Assembly (NCBI GenBank): GCA_951406725.2
Contig: OX597831.1
Coordinates: 48,236,001-48,300,000 of the forward strand
From: Octopus vulgaris
Taxonomy: Eukaryota
Length of the DNA: 64,000 nucleotides
Reading direction: 5' to 3'
The stretch's first letter is position 1. Each line of letters starts with the position of its first letter. Positions 11,361-24,379 of the stretch are shown here, piece by piece. A program made the translations under genes and the position numbers. The notes under the pieces were generated by a model. The model did not search any database. It was not told where the DNA came from and saw only the letters and a list, made by a program, of their open reading frames with translations.

Positions 11361-11492
11361 ATACCTGCTAACATAGAAGCCTAATATGGATCCCTAGCTC
11401 CAGCATTAGCTGTGAACTTGGAACCTAATGGATGACCACTTATAGCTCTTACTCAGCAGATCTATTCGTTTAGATCACCAGTGAAATAACCC
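11361..11492 (+). repeat. Dispersed repeat, unclassified
   Basis: Homologous to 58914-59025 (ATACCTGCT.ACATAGAAGCCTA..CTAGCTCCAGC..TTGGAACCTAA). Confidence 0.7.
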
Positions 11493-11526
11493 CCCCCCCC
11501 ATATCCTTATGTATATATATGTATAT

Positions 11527-11790
11527 AATTTAGAGAAAAACCTCTATTAAGCAATTCAATAGTTGAAGAGGTTATTTACACCATATAGAAAAAATAAATA
11601 TACTATAAGAACCTTATTCTAAAAATCAATAAAGTACATAAACAATAAATAGTAAATAGTAGTAAATTGACTACACGCATTTCGTGGCTATATTTTCAAA
11701 TAGATAATAAGAATAAAATCAATTCGATTTAAAATTAAATCGATCTATAATTAATTCTATTAAAAAATATAGTCACTTATCAGGTCTAAC

Positions 11791-11832
<42 letters not shown>

Positions 11833-12040
11833 TGTAGTATCTTAACTTAAATGATTATCAAATAAATATCGGTAAAAAAACGTGTTTTAACAATAAATAA
11901 TCGAAAAACATTTAACAGTATTACTTAAAATAAAACCATAAATTATATACATATATTATATATTGTGAAATTTGATTTAAACTTACTAAATTGAATTTTT
12001 CCCTGTAAGTTTGGAATTATATTCCCTACTATTATTATTA
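11527..12040 (-). mobile_element. Family H: AT-rich PLE terminal-repeat-like element
   Basis: Ends homologous to 41757-41855 and 42374-42700; carries an HHR on the minus strand. Confidence 0.6.
11669..11786 (-). ncRNA. Hammerhead motif with long helix II (family H)
   Basis: GAC-CTGATAA-GTGACTATATTTT..AAAATATAGCCAC-GAAA-TGCGTG-TA-GTC. Confidence 0.6.
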
Positions 12041-12210
12041 CTATGCATATATATATATATATATATATGCATACATACATGGTAGGCTTCTTACATTTCT
12101 GTCTACCAAGTCCATTCAGAAGGCTTTTGTTGGCCTGACTGTTTGAATCTGAAATTCTGTGTGGTTGGTAAGTGAAATTTTGAACTACACACCCATTTCT
12201 GTACCCAAAT

Positions 12211-12261
<51 letters not shown>

Positions 12262-13480
12262 TTTCCAGAATAGAATTAGATAACCTTTTTAAAATAACTT
12301 TCATTCTATAAAACATCTGAATTTCTATAAAGCACACTTGGAAATTTATTAATCTACTTTCATAGATTTATCTCGTATGAGATAACGACCAAGAACTACA
12401 TCCTTGTTCTATTTGCAATGATATACATGTGTGAATCTCAATTCAATTTTCTTTCATTAATCAAGACAAAATTTATGAATTGTCTGAAACCACAGGCAAA
12501 TCTGCAGATCACAATCAGCAAGGAATTCCTTTTTTTGCATAAAGTTTTGAAGCAAGAACAAAGAATTCATTTGATTTTATGTTCACTATCAGGACCGATT
12601 TCATTGTTTGCAATTTTTTTTCTTTAATTACTCATTTTACATTTGCATTTTATGCAACAAATCAAAAGCTTTTGTCTTGAGTTCAATTTGTTCACTCACA
12701 GAACTGAACGTAGCTCAATTCAATAAAAAAAAAAAACAATTACCATATTTTATGGTATGGCAGATGCTGCATTGGGGAAGGTGCCCTTGATTTTGAAAAT
12801 GTAATTCTTCTTTCTTATCATCATCATTACCACCACGACCACTACCATCATCATCATCAGCATCATAATTCATTATCGTCATCGCCGTTGTTTTACCATC
12901 CAGTTTTTCATGCTTGCATGGGTCAGTTGGAATTTATTGAAGCAGACTTCTCTATGACTGGATATTTCCTCACAGCCAGACATGTTTTTGATGAATATTA
13001 GAAATGAACAACACTGCTTGTATGATAGTGACTCTCATTTACAGCTATCATGCATTATCAAGACAAAGAGGCACAAACATCCACACATTCACACACACAC
13101 ACGCATGCATGCACACACAAGCACACACACACAAACACACACACACACTTGCAATGAGTTTCTTTCGGTTTCTGTCAACCAAGTTCATTTACAAGGCTTT
13201 AATTAACTCAGTGATCTTGTAGATGTCACCTGTCCCAATTGTCCTGCAGTGGGGCTGAACTTAAAACTATGCTCGGAAAGCAAGCTTTTCAACCAGAAAG
13301 CCATGCTTGTAGCAAAGTTCTAGGAAAAAATAATTTGAGTTTACCACAGGATTGGGCAATGGCCAGCAGGCACATGCTTAATGCTTGTTATCAGTGGTAG
13401 GCAAACTAGCAAAGCAGTAGAGTTATCATGCCTACCATCGATGAATAAAATCACAAGACAATGGCCACCTACCTGGTGGT

Positions 13481-13617
13481 CAGCTGTAGAAATGAGTTGC
13501 AATGTCACTGGTGCCAAGCTGTACTGGCCTTTGCCTTTCCTTTGGATAACATTGGTGGTGTGGAGAGGGCAGGTTGGTATGCATAGCTGACTGCTGGTCT
13601 TCCATAAACAACTTTGC
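13481..13617 (+). mobile_element. CORE-type SINE family J, partial
   Basis: Reverse complement of 13718-13851. Confidence 0.75.
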
Positions 13618-13639
13618 AGTTGCAGGGTATTATTGGAGT

Positions 13640-13980
13640 AAAGAGTAAAGACTCCCTTCAGTCATGAATGACTATGGAGTTGCAACTAAAAAGTTACCCT
13701 CCAAGGCACAAGTCCAAGCAAGGTTGTTTATGGAGGACCAACAGTTGCCCATGCATACCAGCCTCTTCTCTCTACACCACAAATGTTATCTGAAGGAAAA
13801 GCAAAGACCTGTACAGCTTGGCACCAGTGACATCACAACTCATTTCTACAGTGGAGCGAACTAGAACATTGGAAAATTAAGTGTCTTGCTCAAGAACACA
13901 ACACACAGCCTAGTCTAGAAATTGAGTTCATTACTTCGTGATTGTGAGGCTTATGCTTTAACCACTGAGCCATGTGCCAT
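13640..13980 (-). mobile_element. CORE-type tRNA SINE family J
   Basis: A box TGGCTCAGTGG, CORE-like TTGAGCAAGACACTT; homologous to 22567-22905 and 52925-53263. Confidence 0.8.
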
Positions 13981-14655
13981 TACATTATTGGAGTACACAA
14001 AAAATAATGTTTGTTGCTTTAGCGCTCCAATGATTATTCATGTTACACATCATGGTGATTATATTACATTTGCCACAGCTTACCACCTACAAGCTATATT
14101 TGTACATGACTACAACTGGCGCTTACTGCTCTACTGATTTCAAAGAACCACAGCAAGCAACTACTTATCATCTAGTATCATGGAAGATGCAAGATAATTT
14201 TTGAGGTATATTTTTTTTTATATAAATAGTGAGTTTTCCATCATCATCATCATCATCATTTAACTTCCATTTTTCATGCTGGACAGTTTAACGAGAGAGG
14301 ATAAAACCAGGAGTGACACCAGGCTTCCTTGTCTACTCTGACATGGTTTTTATGGCTGGATACCCTTCCTAAAGCCACAAAATATGGTAATTATTAAATA
14401 CCTGACTTTCTTTAATCTTCAGGTGTGATATTATTGTTGTAGGAGATGCAAAATTAATGAGATATTTCCTAAAGGTGCAGAGCAAAGAAAAGTTTGGGAA
14501 CTACTGCTCTACATGGTTTCATCATCTTCTAGAAAAAGAGCAAATTCCCTCAAAATATAAACCTCTTATTGTCTCAAGTAAAAGAAGAATACATGGGCAA
14601 GTGTAGAGCTGCATAATCTTAAAAAGAATGGATGGTCATGGCAAGAATATTTTTC

Positions 14656-14867
14656 CAGTTCTATATTTAAGAGATGAGGAATTATGTACATTATTTACAA
14701 TTGACGGATATTTGTCCTCATCTTGTTTGATGTTAACACATTTCGGCTGATACACCCTCCAGCCTTTATCAGGTGTCTTGGGGAAATTTTGAACCTGGGA
14801 AAATGGCGTAGTGGTTACGAGCGCAGGGTACTAACCCCAAGATTCCGAGTTCGATTCCAGACAGTGA

Positions 14868-14906
<39 letters not shown>

Positions 14907-14940
14907 CATCATCGAAAAATACCTTAGGAATGAGAACCCA
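14656..14940. mobile_element. Family E copy (inverted HHR tail joined to tRNA-like head)
   Basis: Degenerate minus-strand HHR 14735-14777; plus-strand TGGCGTAGTGG / GAGTTCGATTC head at about 14803-14872; (AAT)n. Confidence 0.75.
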
Positions 14941-14995
14941 GCACTTTTGTTCTCAGCAAAAGTGCTCAGCACTTTTGTTCCTTTTTTTTTTAAGG

Positions 14996-16190
14996 TGAGC
15001 TGCTGACTAGCACAATCAGCCATTGTACAATGACAGGATGATAATAAGTGGGACTTGTGTCTCGTGTCACTTTGCAAGGTCTAGCTTTCTGGTGTCTGTT
15101 GCTGAAGAAGAGATAATCACTCCAAAATGCAGGCATCCTCAGTTTGGTTAGGGAAGGCTGTGAATTAACTTGGTGTGTTTACACCTATTTGTCTACAGTG
15201 AGAAACTGGTAACATGTTTGTATTAATACACATCACTACTTAGTGCTGTCACCCCATATTCTATTTATAGTGAGCTGCTGAATAGAACAACTAGTCATAT
15301 AACGATGATGGGAATATCATAAGAGGGACCTGTCTCTCATGTCAGTTTTCAGAGACTGTTTTTCTGGTATCTGCTGCTGAGGAGGAGATAATAACTTCTG
15401 AAATACATGCATCTAACAGTCTGGTTAAGAAAGGCTGTGAACTGACTTGGTGTATTTACACCTATCTGTCAACAGTGAAATGTTTCTTCTGTAACAAAAT
15501 GCAGAGAATGGCTTTCCTATGCGTCAAGCATATTTGAACTGGTAATAATCTGTTGTAAAGCAGTCTTTTGCCACAGTTGTATCTGTCTTTTAATGATGAT
15601 TGTCGCTCTGACAGATATTGTTATATTCTGAAGTCATTGATAGAATGGTTCTATCTGGCACTGTATGACCCCCAATTATACAGTATTATTATCCTCAAAA
15701 GATTGGATTGTCGTTATGTCCACTCTGTATCACAGTGTAATTACTATATCAACACAGACACAACTATCAACACAGCCTACACGTACTCTGAACCTCAACC
15801 CTCACCTGTCGACCTGCTGTTGGTCTATTTATAATGGCTGGCTACTACCACTTTTTACAGGGAGGAGTGTACAGTTTCACTATACAACAATATCCATCAC
15901 TACTCAGCGCTTTCATCCCATATTTTATTTATGGCAAGCTGTTGACTAACACGACCAGTCATTGTACAACAATAGGAATATAATAAGAGGGACTTGTCTT
16001 TCTTGTCAGTTTGCAGCATCTGCTTTTCTGGTGTCTGCTGCTGAAGAGGAGATAACCACTCTAAAATGCACCTATCCCCATTCCTGTTAGGGAGACTGTG
16101 AACTGACTTGGTGTATTTACCCCTATTTGTCTACAGAGAAAAATTTTCTCTAAGACAAAATCCAGTAACTGGCTTCCTTATGGGCTTGAA
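14996..16190 (+). mobile_element. Family G: three direct 200-300-bp repeats, each with a degenerate hammerhead
   Basis: Units about 14996-15200, 15232-15540, 15896-16190; HHR motifs 15096-15142, 15371-15419, 16035-16082. Confidence 0.65.
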
Positions 16191-16366
16191 TATATATAAT
16201 TATGTGTGTGTGTATATATATATATATGTGTGTATGTATGTATGTATGTATGTATGTATGTATGTATGTATGTATGTATAAATGCACCCCATCTGTTTTG
16301 ACAATGAAGGTTCCACTTGATCCGATCAATGATACAGATTACTCATCAAATTAATGTGCAAATGGC

Positions 16367-16398
<32 letters not shown>

Positions 16399-16430
16399 AT
16401 AATAATAATAATAATAATGATAATAATATT

Positions 16431-16712
16431 AGAAACTGAGAAACTTTCAAAATACAAAGATCTGGAAATAGAGGTAACTTGAATGTGGAGCCGAAAAACA
16501 GAAACTATTCCTATAATAGTAGGTGCATTGGGTTTGATAAAGAAACATTCAAACAAATTCATAACTAAAACATCAGGACTTACAAGTGCATATAACACTA
16601 CTAGGCACTGCACAGATCCTATATAAAGTGCTTTCAATATAGTGAAAATAAGTAAACCACAACAAACCACTCAGTAGTGCAATGAAAGCATGTAATAAAA
16701 ATAAGACTACTG
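16431..16712 (+). pseudogene. R4/Dong-type non-LTR retrotransposon 3' end (RLE domain remnant)
   Basis: EKLSKYKDLEIEVT*MW..ETIPIIVGALG; flanked by (AAT)n; same family as 49202-49951. Confidence 0.85.
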
Positions 16713-16949
16713 AATAATAAGGATGATGATGATGATGATGATTATGATGATGATGATGGTGGTGGTGTTGGTGGTGGGAGTGGTGATGGTGATGATGATG
16801 ATGGTGATGGTGGTGATGATGATGACAATGACGACGACGACGACGATGACCAGCAGCTGTCATCACTACCACTGCTGCTGTTATTGCTGAGATAAATCAT
16901 ACTTCAGAGCTCGAAAAAGTGTTAAAATTACGTTTGAAAGGTGTTATCT

Positions 16950-17295
16950 CAGTCATAAAATATGTCATAAAATTGGTCATAACATTTATGTTTAGCAAAG
17001 ACTATGACAACAACGGTTTTTATCAAGTCCAGTAGGGAGATTTTTGTTTTTTATGATGCGACAAAGTCAAACAGAGCCACAAAGGAATAAACCGTTATAC
17101 AAGAAATAATAGAAAGCGGGTGAGGTGTTGGTAATGTGATGTCCTTCCAGGTAAGGTAGGAGGAGGGAAAGGATAGAAAGGGACATATATGGGGCTGGGG
17201 GTGGAATTTTTTATGAGCAGCACTGTATTAATCAGGTGTTATTTCAAATCTCTTGAGACTAATTTTCCTTTGGTTATGATTCTCATTTACGAGGA
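16950..17295. promoter_or_regulatory. Candidate enhancer: cluster of posterior-Hox/Cdx-type sites
   Basis: GTCATAAA at 16952 and 16964, GTCATAA at 16976, TTTATGA at 17050 and 17210, TTTACGA at 17286, in non-repeat DNA. Confidence 0.3.
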
Positions 17296-19780
17296 ATTCA
17301 GTCAAATAGAATAATTATTAATTTAATTAGAGATTTACAATATTCCTGCACTACTTCCTAAACACCTCACATCACATCCATGTCGATTTAGTTAACACTA
17401 CTACTGCTGCCAATATCACCAATGTCCTGTACTTACTACAAGACAGCATACTACTACTGCTGCTGCTGCTGCTGACACTACTAACACCACTACCACCACC
17501 ACCACTGATAGGCGTACCACCATCACCCCCATCACCAACACTACTACTGACACCACTACCACCACCACCACCACTACCACCACCACCACCATCACCACCA
17601 CCACTACTACTACTACTATCACAACAAACTATCAATACTTCCACTACTACACAACATCTACTACTACTACTACTACTACTACTACAAATCATCTACTACT
17701 CCTGCCACCAGGGACATTGCATCTCATTTCTACAGCTGAGGGAAGTGGAGCAATGTGAAATAAAGTGTCTTGCTCAAGTATCAGAATTGTTTTTTAAAAA
17801 AAAGCTTAAAAGATTAGTACTGGGGTTGACATATATCCTCACCTTTGGCAAATGGCAATAAGAGAGAGACATCTAACAAGATGAAAAAACAAAATACTTT
17901 TTACTTACTAACAGCCCAACATGCAAAACCACTTTTTCTTTTCTTCAATCTTAAAAGAAAGAACAAAGTCTGAGAAACAAAAGATTCTATGCTCCTCATA
18001 CTAACTGAACTTATCAGACACTTCCTGGGGTCTAATTATTGCCAAAACAGAAAATTATCTGTTTCCTAGGATACCAGACTTTTACCCTGACACAGAGAAA
18101 GGAAATTTATTGGGCTGTGATACTCTAATGGTGTGCCACAATGCACAGATACACCATAATGTAATGGTGTACCATAATGCATTAGTGCATTGCAAGAGGT
18201 ATCCAGGTGCACTACAGATTTTTAAAAATATAATTCAAGTCTAGAGAATTCTCACTAATGCTTCATCATAATGAAAAAAACATGTGACTCACAATTTTAT
18301 TATTCACAAAAAAAGATGAATAAAACAAAATAAACTAGTTTTCTATTTTTATTTCCTAAATGTAAAACTTTGAAACAATTTTTTTTAAAATTTCTTTGCC
18401 AACACACAAGCAATTTTTAACTTTCCATTCAAAATGAAGCAACAACTTGTGGTTTGATCTTTCAGTGCATCACAAAGTTAGAAATATTACAAGCCACTGC
18501 CAAAAGGACTTAGCTATCTAATTGTGAAAATTGGGCATTATATTATGACTTTCTTGCTCAAATTTTGTAAATTGAAACATTTAAAACATGGGGTAATTTC
18601 ATCTAATTTTATTAATTTTTTGATTTAATAAATTTTGAATTGAATAAATATATTTTATTTTACATTTTCAATTATTGGGTAGCTATAATTATTTCCTTAT
18701 TCTTGTAATTATATTAACTTTTCAAATGCAGCATTAAGATCAGAAACCATAAATTTATTATAAGTTTCCATCAAAATACTCAATTAACAAAATAATTGAT
18801 GTTTAACAATTAAGAACAAAACCATAGGTGGGTGGAAACAGGATATTGCGGAAGGTCTGCATTTTCCCAAGATTATCCGCCTAAGCAGAATAACATCAGG
18901 TGAAAACTGGAAACAAAACATGATTCCATTTCATATTGGTTCTAAGTGGTAGAGAAGAAATTGTTTTGGTGTCAGAATTATTTTTAGCATAACACACTAC
19001 AAGATCATTGAAAAACAGATTTTCACAAAGATCGACCTAGCTGAATGTCAATGTTCTTACTAAAGGACATGTTGGAAGTAAGGTAATATTTCAGCATGTA
19101 TGTGCCTTATAAACACAGGACTTTGAAAATGTCAATTCCAGCATTAATCAGTCTGGAACTTTTTTTCTGCTTCTTTCTTTCTTTATTTATTTATTTATTT
19201 TTGTTTTTGTCATTTTCTTCTGAGACACTTAGACATTCAATAAAGACACAAATGAAAAAGATTGATTGTTTTTAATGTTAAACAACCTGTCTAAGTTTAG
19301 AAATAGTTTAGGTGCTTATTATATTCCTTGAGATTTCTAAGTTGATCTTAAAACTCTGAGTTACAATAACAAAAACAGGCAAAAAAAATCAGCAAATGTG
19401 GAGAAGATGCTACTTATAGCTTCATACATTTTCTTTATGCATCACTTGTTTTTTTTTATGTATTTATTTATAAGAGAAAACTGGAACGTGATTAACTGAT
19501 TATTGGTATAAGAAGATCTTCACGTCACAGAAACAGCATTGCTATCATCATCATTTTCATCATCATCCTCATCATCATGATCATTACCATCATCATAGTC
19601 ATCATTGTTGTTGTCATCATCATCATTAATATCTTGGCCAGTTACTGTTTTCACCATCTCTTACATGACTTGACTGAATGTATGTTTAACAAACTCACAC
19701 AAAATTTATTTACAAATCAACCATAGAATTCAAGGGTAGGCCTGGAGATCTGGGTGAAGATCTAAGCCTCAGTAAATGAT

Positions 19781-20240
19781 CACGAGGAGGTTGGCACAAG
19801 TGGGACCTATCTTTGTTCCCATGGCCACCTTATTAATTTTTAAACAGAACTCACCAGAGAAGAAGAAACTATTAACAGCAGTGACAATGAGTTCAGCTAG
19901 ATGGAGAAAGTTGCGAGTGCTAGATTGAAAGGAGCTAAGTTATTATTGAGGATGATGTAGAACCTAATGTTTTAGATTTTTGCCCTGTATGTGGAATTGG
20001 AAACAGTGTTATGTTGTTGTTTAGAATGTAACAATTGCTGTGCTAAAATTTGAAACAGTGATAGAGATGATCACTCCCCAACATTGTCATTCTCAATCCC
20101 TTCAAGATAATAAGAGGAATAGTATTTTAGAAATGAAGGAAATCTTGAATGCAGGAATATAACTGGAGAAACAGCTTAGAGGATGAGGTAAAATACCTTT
20201 ACGGATGGAAGAAGGTGGCCAAGGAGTCACTACAGAGATC
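19781..20240 (-). pseudogene. Penelope-like reverse transcriptase remnant
   Basis: Frameshifted peptides YSCIQDFLHF, NITLFPIPHTG and LAELIVTAVNSFFFSGEFCLKINKVAMGTKIGPTCANLLV match PLE RT motifs SYIKDT, DxxSLYTxIPH and GVAMGTxxGPxxANL. Confidence 0.75.
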
Positions 20241-20874
20241 AAATTCTGTAAGAAGCATATGTTTGTTACTGATGTCATTATTATTGTTATGGATATTTAT
20301 CCTCTGGTCAACTTTCATTCAGTAGCTTTATGTTCAAAGATGAGATGGGCATTCTAGCCATGCTCATCCTATCATTTTACAGGTATATGGAACTATATTA
20401 TCCAATATACCAATGTGTCCTTACTTTTCCCAAAACAGGCTAAAGTGTAATTTGGATGGAATTTGGCTGCTATTTCTAGCACATATCAGCTCCATATATA
20501 CAGGGCTAATTCATTTGTCAGCATTAATTCATTTGTATATGTTTACCATATACAGTCTCTTAATCATTTCTCAATTGCTGCTTTCAGTTCAACAAGACTA
20601 CGATGTTAACTTTGTTGTCAATCTCAAACCACTTATGTATTGAACTCTTTCATCCATTCTGAAGTTATTACATCCAAGTCAGTAACTCATTCATGTATGT
20701 TCTTAGCCATTCTTCTTCAATATGTTATTCTAAGCCAGTAACAGTATGTATCCTGTTGTCTCCAGTTTCAAACCAGTAACAGCAACACCTGCCATTTAGC
20801 TTTCAGTTTAGCCTCTAGATATAATTTTCAACTAGATTGATTCACATCTTCCAAAATTACATTCGTCTCGCCCA

Positions 20875-20876
<2 letters not shown>

Positions 20877-20926
<50 letters not shown>

Positions 20927-20927
20927 C

Positions 20928-20981
<54 letters not shown>

Positions 20982-21000
20982 TTCTCTTTCTCTTTCTCTT
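20877..21000. repeat. (CT)n microsatellite
   Basis: Direct tandem run. Confidence 0.95.
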
Positions 21001-21329
21001 AAATTAGTCAACTATTTCCATTATCATTTCCTGCACTTACCACAAACAGCCCAGCCTCAACATAGTCAACTGAGCTATTAGAAATAGCAGATAAGTTTTC
21101 ATGAAATCATTCCTTTAATTTTGCTTGAGAACTATTTTCCATCACACACGCACACACACACACACATACACACACACACTCACACACATGCAATCATTCA
21201 TAGCCCAACCTGTGTTTTCAAACATAACAAGGTGGAGAATTTTCTCCCAAGAGAAATGCACTCACATTTGAGTGCATTTGAACATGTTGAATACAACCTT
21301 ACATGGTTATACATACATCATCATGATCA

Positions 21330-22016
21330 TGATCATCATCATCATCGTCTTCATTGAACATCTGTTTTCTGTGCCAGCATGAATTGGACAGTTTGGCTGG
21401 AACTAATATGGCCAGGGGCTGCATCAGGCACCTTTGTCTGTTCTGGCATAGTTTCTTATTTCTTTATTGTCCACAAAGGGCTAAACACAGAGATGACAAA
21501 CAAGGACAGACAAAGGGATTAAGACGATTACATCGACCCCAGTACGTAACTGGTACTTAATTTATCGACCCCAAAAGGATGAAAGGCAAAGTCGACTTCA
21601 GCAGAATTTGAACTCAGAATGTAAAGACAGACGAAATACCACTAGGCATTTCGCCTGGCATGCTAACATTTATGCCAGGTCACCGCCTTCAGTCTGGTAT
21701 AGTTTCTATGACTGGATGCCCTTCCTAATGCCAGCAATTCCACAAAGTGTACTGTGTGCCTTTTATGTGGCACCAGCACCAGCACCAGTGGTTTTTATGT
21801 GACACCAGCACCAGCATCAATTCTGCTGTGGTGGATAGGTCTTCTTGTGTGCATCAAGAGTACCAGATATCTCGGTTCTTGTCATCTCCTTTGCCTTTGT
21901 AGGGCTAAATGTCTTGAGATTTCCCTTCAATACTTCATCCCAGATCTTTTTGGGTCTCCTTCTTCCACAAGTTCTATCCATTTTAAGCATTCAGCACTTC
22001 TGTACGCAACTGTTTA
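21330..22016 (-). mobile_element. RTE LINE 3' end (ORF remnant plus UTR) interrupted by SINE B
   Basis: CGRRRPKKIWDEVLKGNL peptide; UTR motif GGAAGGGCATCCAG; (GAT)n tail. Confidence 0.7.
21457..21690 (-). mobile_element. SINE family B
   Basis: 15-bp TSD TCTGG(C/T)ATAGTTTCT (21442-21456, 21693-21707). Confidence 0.85.
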
Positions 22017-22023
22017 CATACAT

Positions 22024-22075
<52 letters not shown>

Positions 22076-22199
22076 ACCCATGCTAGCATGGAAAGCGGAC
22101 GTTAAACGATGATGATGATGATGATGATATACATACATTATATATATATATATATATATATACTTTATTAAAAAGCAGCAAGAGTATCACAAAATCTGT

Positions 22200-22385
22200 T
22201 ACTCGTTGGCAATTTTTTCCCCTCCTTCTTCCTTTTCTATTGGATTTTCCTCTGTTTCTGAAGAAGAGCTTTGCTTGAAATATAAAACTACCTTTCTTTC
22301 TTTCCTTCAGCATCTGCTAATACTTCACATGTACCATGTCCTTGCGTTGTTGTTTCTTTGTGTTTGTTCTTCATTTTTTGGGGGA

Positions 22386-22390
<5 letters not shown>
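22200..22390 (+). mobile_element. Family F with hammerhead at 22254-22288
   Basis: GTTT-CTGAAGA-A-GAGC-TTT-GCTT-GAAA-TA-TA-AAAC; (TA)n flanks. Confidence 0.65.
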
Positions 22391-22422
<32 letters not shown>

Positions 22423-22566
22423 TAGTGGGGTTAGGAAGGGCATCCAACCATAGAGACCATGCCAGAACAAAAAAAGGGAGCATAGGCAGTTCTTCAGCTC
22501 AAACCATCTAATTCATTTCAGGGGTTTAAACAGATGCTAAGTGATGCTGATGGTGATATAAAAATG

Positions 22567-22905
22567 GTAAAGACCCCTGTCAGTCATGAATGACCATGGG
22601 ATTCCAACTAGAAATTTATCCTCCAAGGCACAAGTCCAGGCAAGGTTGTTTATGAAAAACCACCAGTCACCCATGCATATCAGCTGCCTATCCCCATGCC
22701 ACCGATGTTATCTAAGGAAAAGGCCAAGGCCAATGCAGCTTAGCACCAGTGACATTGCAACTCATTGCTACATCTGAGTGAACTGGAGCAATGTGAAATG
22801 AAGCGTTTTGCTCAAGAACAAAATGCACAGCCTGGTCTGAGAATTGATCTCGTTACCTCATGATTGTGAGCCTGATATGCTAGCCACTGAGCCATGTGCC
22901 TTCAC
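22567..22905 (-). mobile_element. CORE-type SINE family J
   Basis: Homologous to 13640-13980. Confidence 0.8.
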
Positions 22906-22919
22906 ATGATGATGATCTA

Positions 22920-23116
<197 letters not shown>

Positions 23117-23549
23117 TGTGTATGTGGGTGACCCATTCCTGTGTGCTAATTCGCTGGCACAAGCCTCAATTGATATTTGGAATAGTCTTTAGTCTTTCTA
23201 TTCATATATCAAATGATGACACATGAAACTAATTTCATAACCTCTGACAGGTTACTCAGTTTCTGCAAGCAGTCTTAAATAAAGAAGAAAGCTTTGGAGA
23301 ATATAATCCTTGATATACAAAAATTCATGACTGTTAGGACAAGAAGATGCTTACTCAATGTGTCATACAATGGGACTGCATGATACCTTGAACAAGTGTC
23401 TCTGGGTTCAATCTCACCGAGTTCTGTGTGGCATTTTGGGCAAGTGTCCTCTGTGATAGCCAGAGGCTGACCAAAACCTTGTAAAAAGATTTGGTTGATG
23501 AAAAATGAGAAAAGCCCAGCCCATCATCTATCTATCTATCTATCTATCA

Positions 23550-23594
<45 letters not shown>

Positions 23595-23667
23595 CCTGTC
23601 TGTCTGTCTGTCTGTCTCTGCATCTGTCTATCTATCTAGCTATCTGTTTGTCTGTCTGTCTGTCTCT

Positions 23668-23737
<70 letters not shown>

Positions 23738-23738
23738 G

Positions 23739-23795
<57 letters not shown>

Positions 23796-24372
23796 CATCA
23801 TCATCATTATCATCGTTTAACGTCCGTTTTCCATGCTAGCATGGGTTGGACGGTTCAACTGGGGTCTGGGAAGCCAGGAGGCTGCGCCAGGCCCAGTCTG
23901 GTCTGGCAGTGTTTCTACAGCTGGATGCCCTTCCTAATGCCAACCACTCCGAGAGTGTAGTGGGTGCTTTTTATGTGCCACCTGCACAGGTGCCAGGCAA
24001 GGCTGGCAAACGGACACAATCAGATGGTACATTTTATGTGCCACCGGCACGGAGGCCAGTCGGGGCGGCGCTGGCAATGGTCCCATTCGGACGGTTCTGT
24101 TACGTGCCACCGGCACTGGTATCTCAGGTACAATTTCCATTGATGTTGAACGATTTCGATTTCGATTTCGATTTTGATTTTCACTTGCCTCAACAGGTCT
24201 TCACCAGTAGGGTTTGTCACAAGAAGGAACGGTATGCATAAGTGGGCTGGCTACGTCCCAGGTAGAGGCCACAGGTTATGGTCTCACTTGTCCTGCCGGG
24301 TCTTCCCACACACAGCATACTTCCAAAGGTCTCAGTCTCTGGCCATTTCCTCGGTGAGGCCTAAAGTTCGAA
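23796..24372 (-). mobile_element. RTE LINE 3' end
   Basis: RTLGLTEEMARD*DLWKYAVCGKTRQDK* followed by 3' UTR with internal GGCACRTAA repeats and (GAT)n tail. Confidence 0.8.
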
Positions 24373-24379
24373 TATATAT

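Noticed and set aside
17141-17156. Splice donor CAG^GTAAGG
   Set aside because: No supported upstream acceptor or open exon
17909-17949. Possible minus-strand 41-nt exon IEEKKKWFCMLGC with AAG/GTAAGT
   Set aside because: Splice-like sites are common by chance; no recognisable peptide
14490-18500. hAT/Charlie-like TIR fragments (AAAAGTTTGGGAACTACTG near 14490; 18110-18500; also near 34948)
   Set aside because: No paired TIRs or 8-bp TSDs could be established
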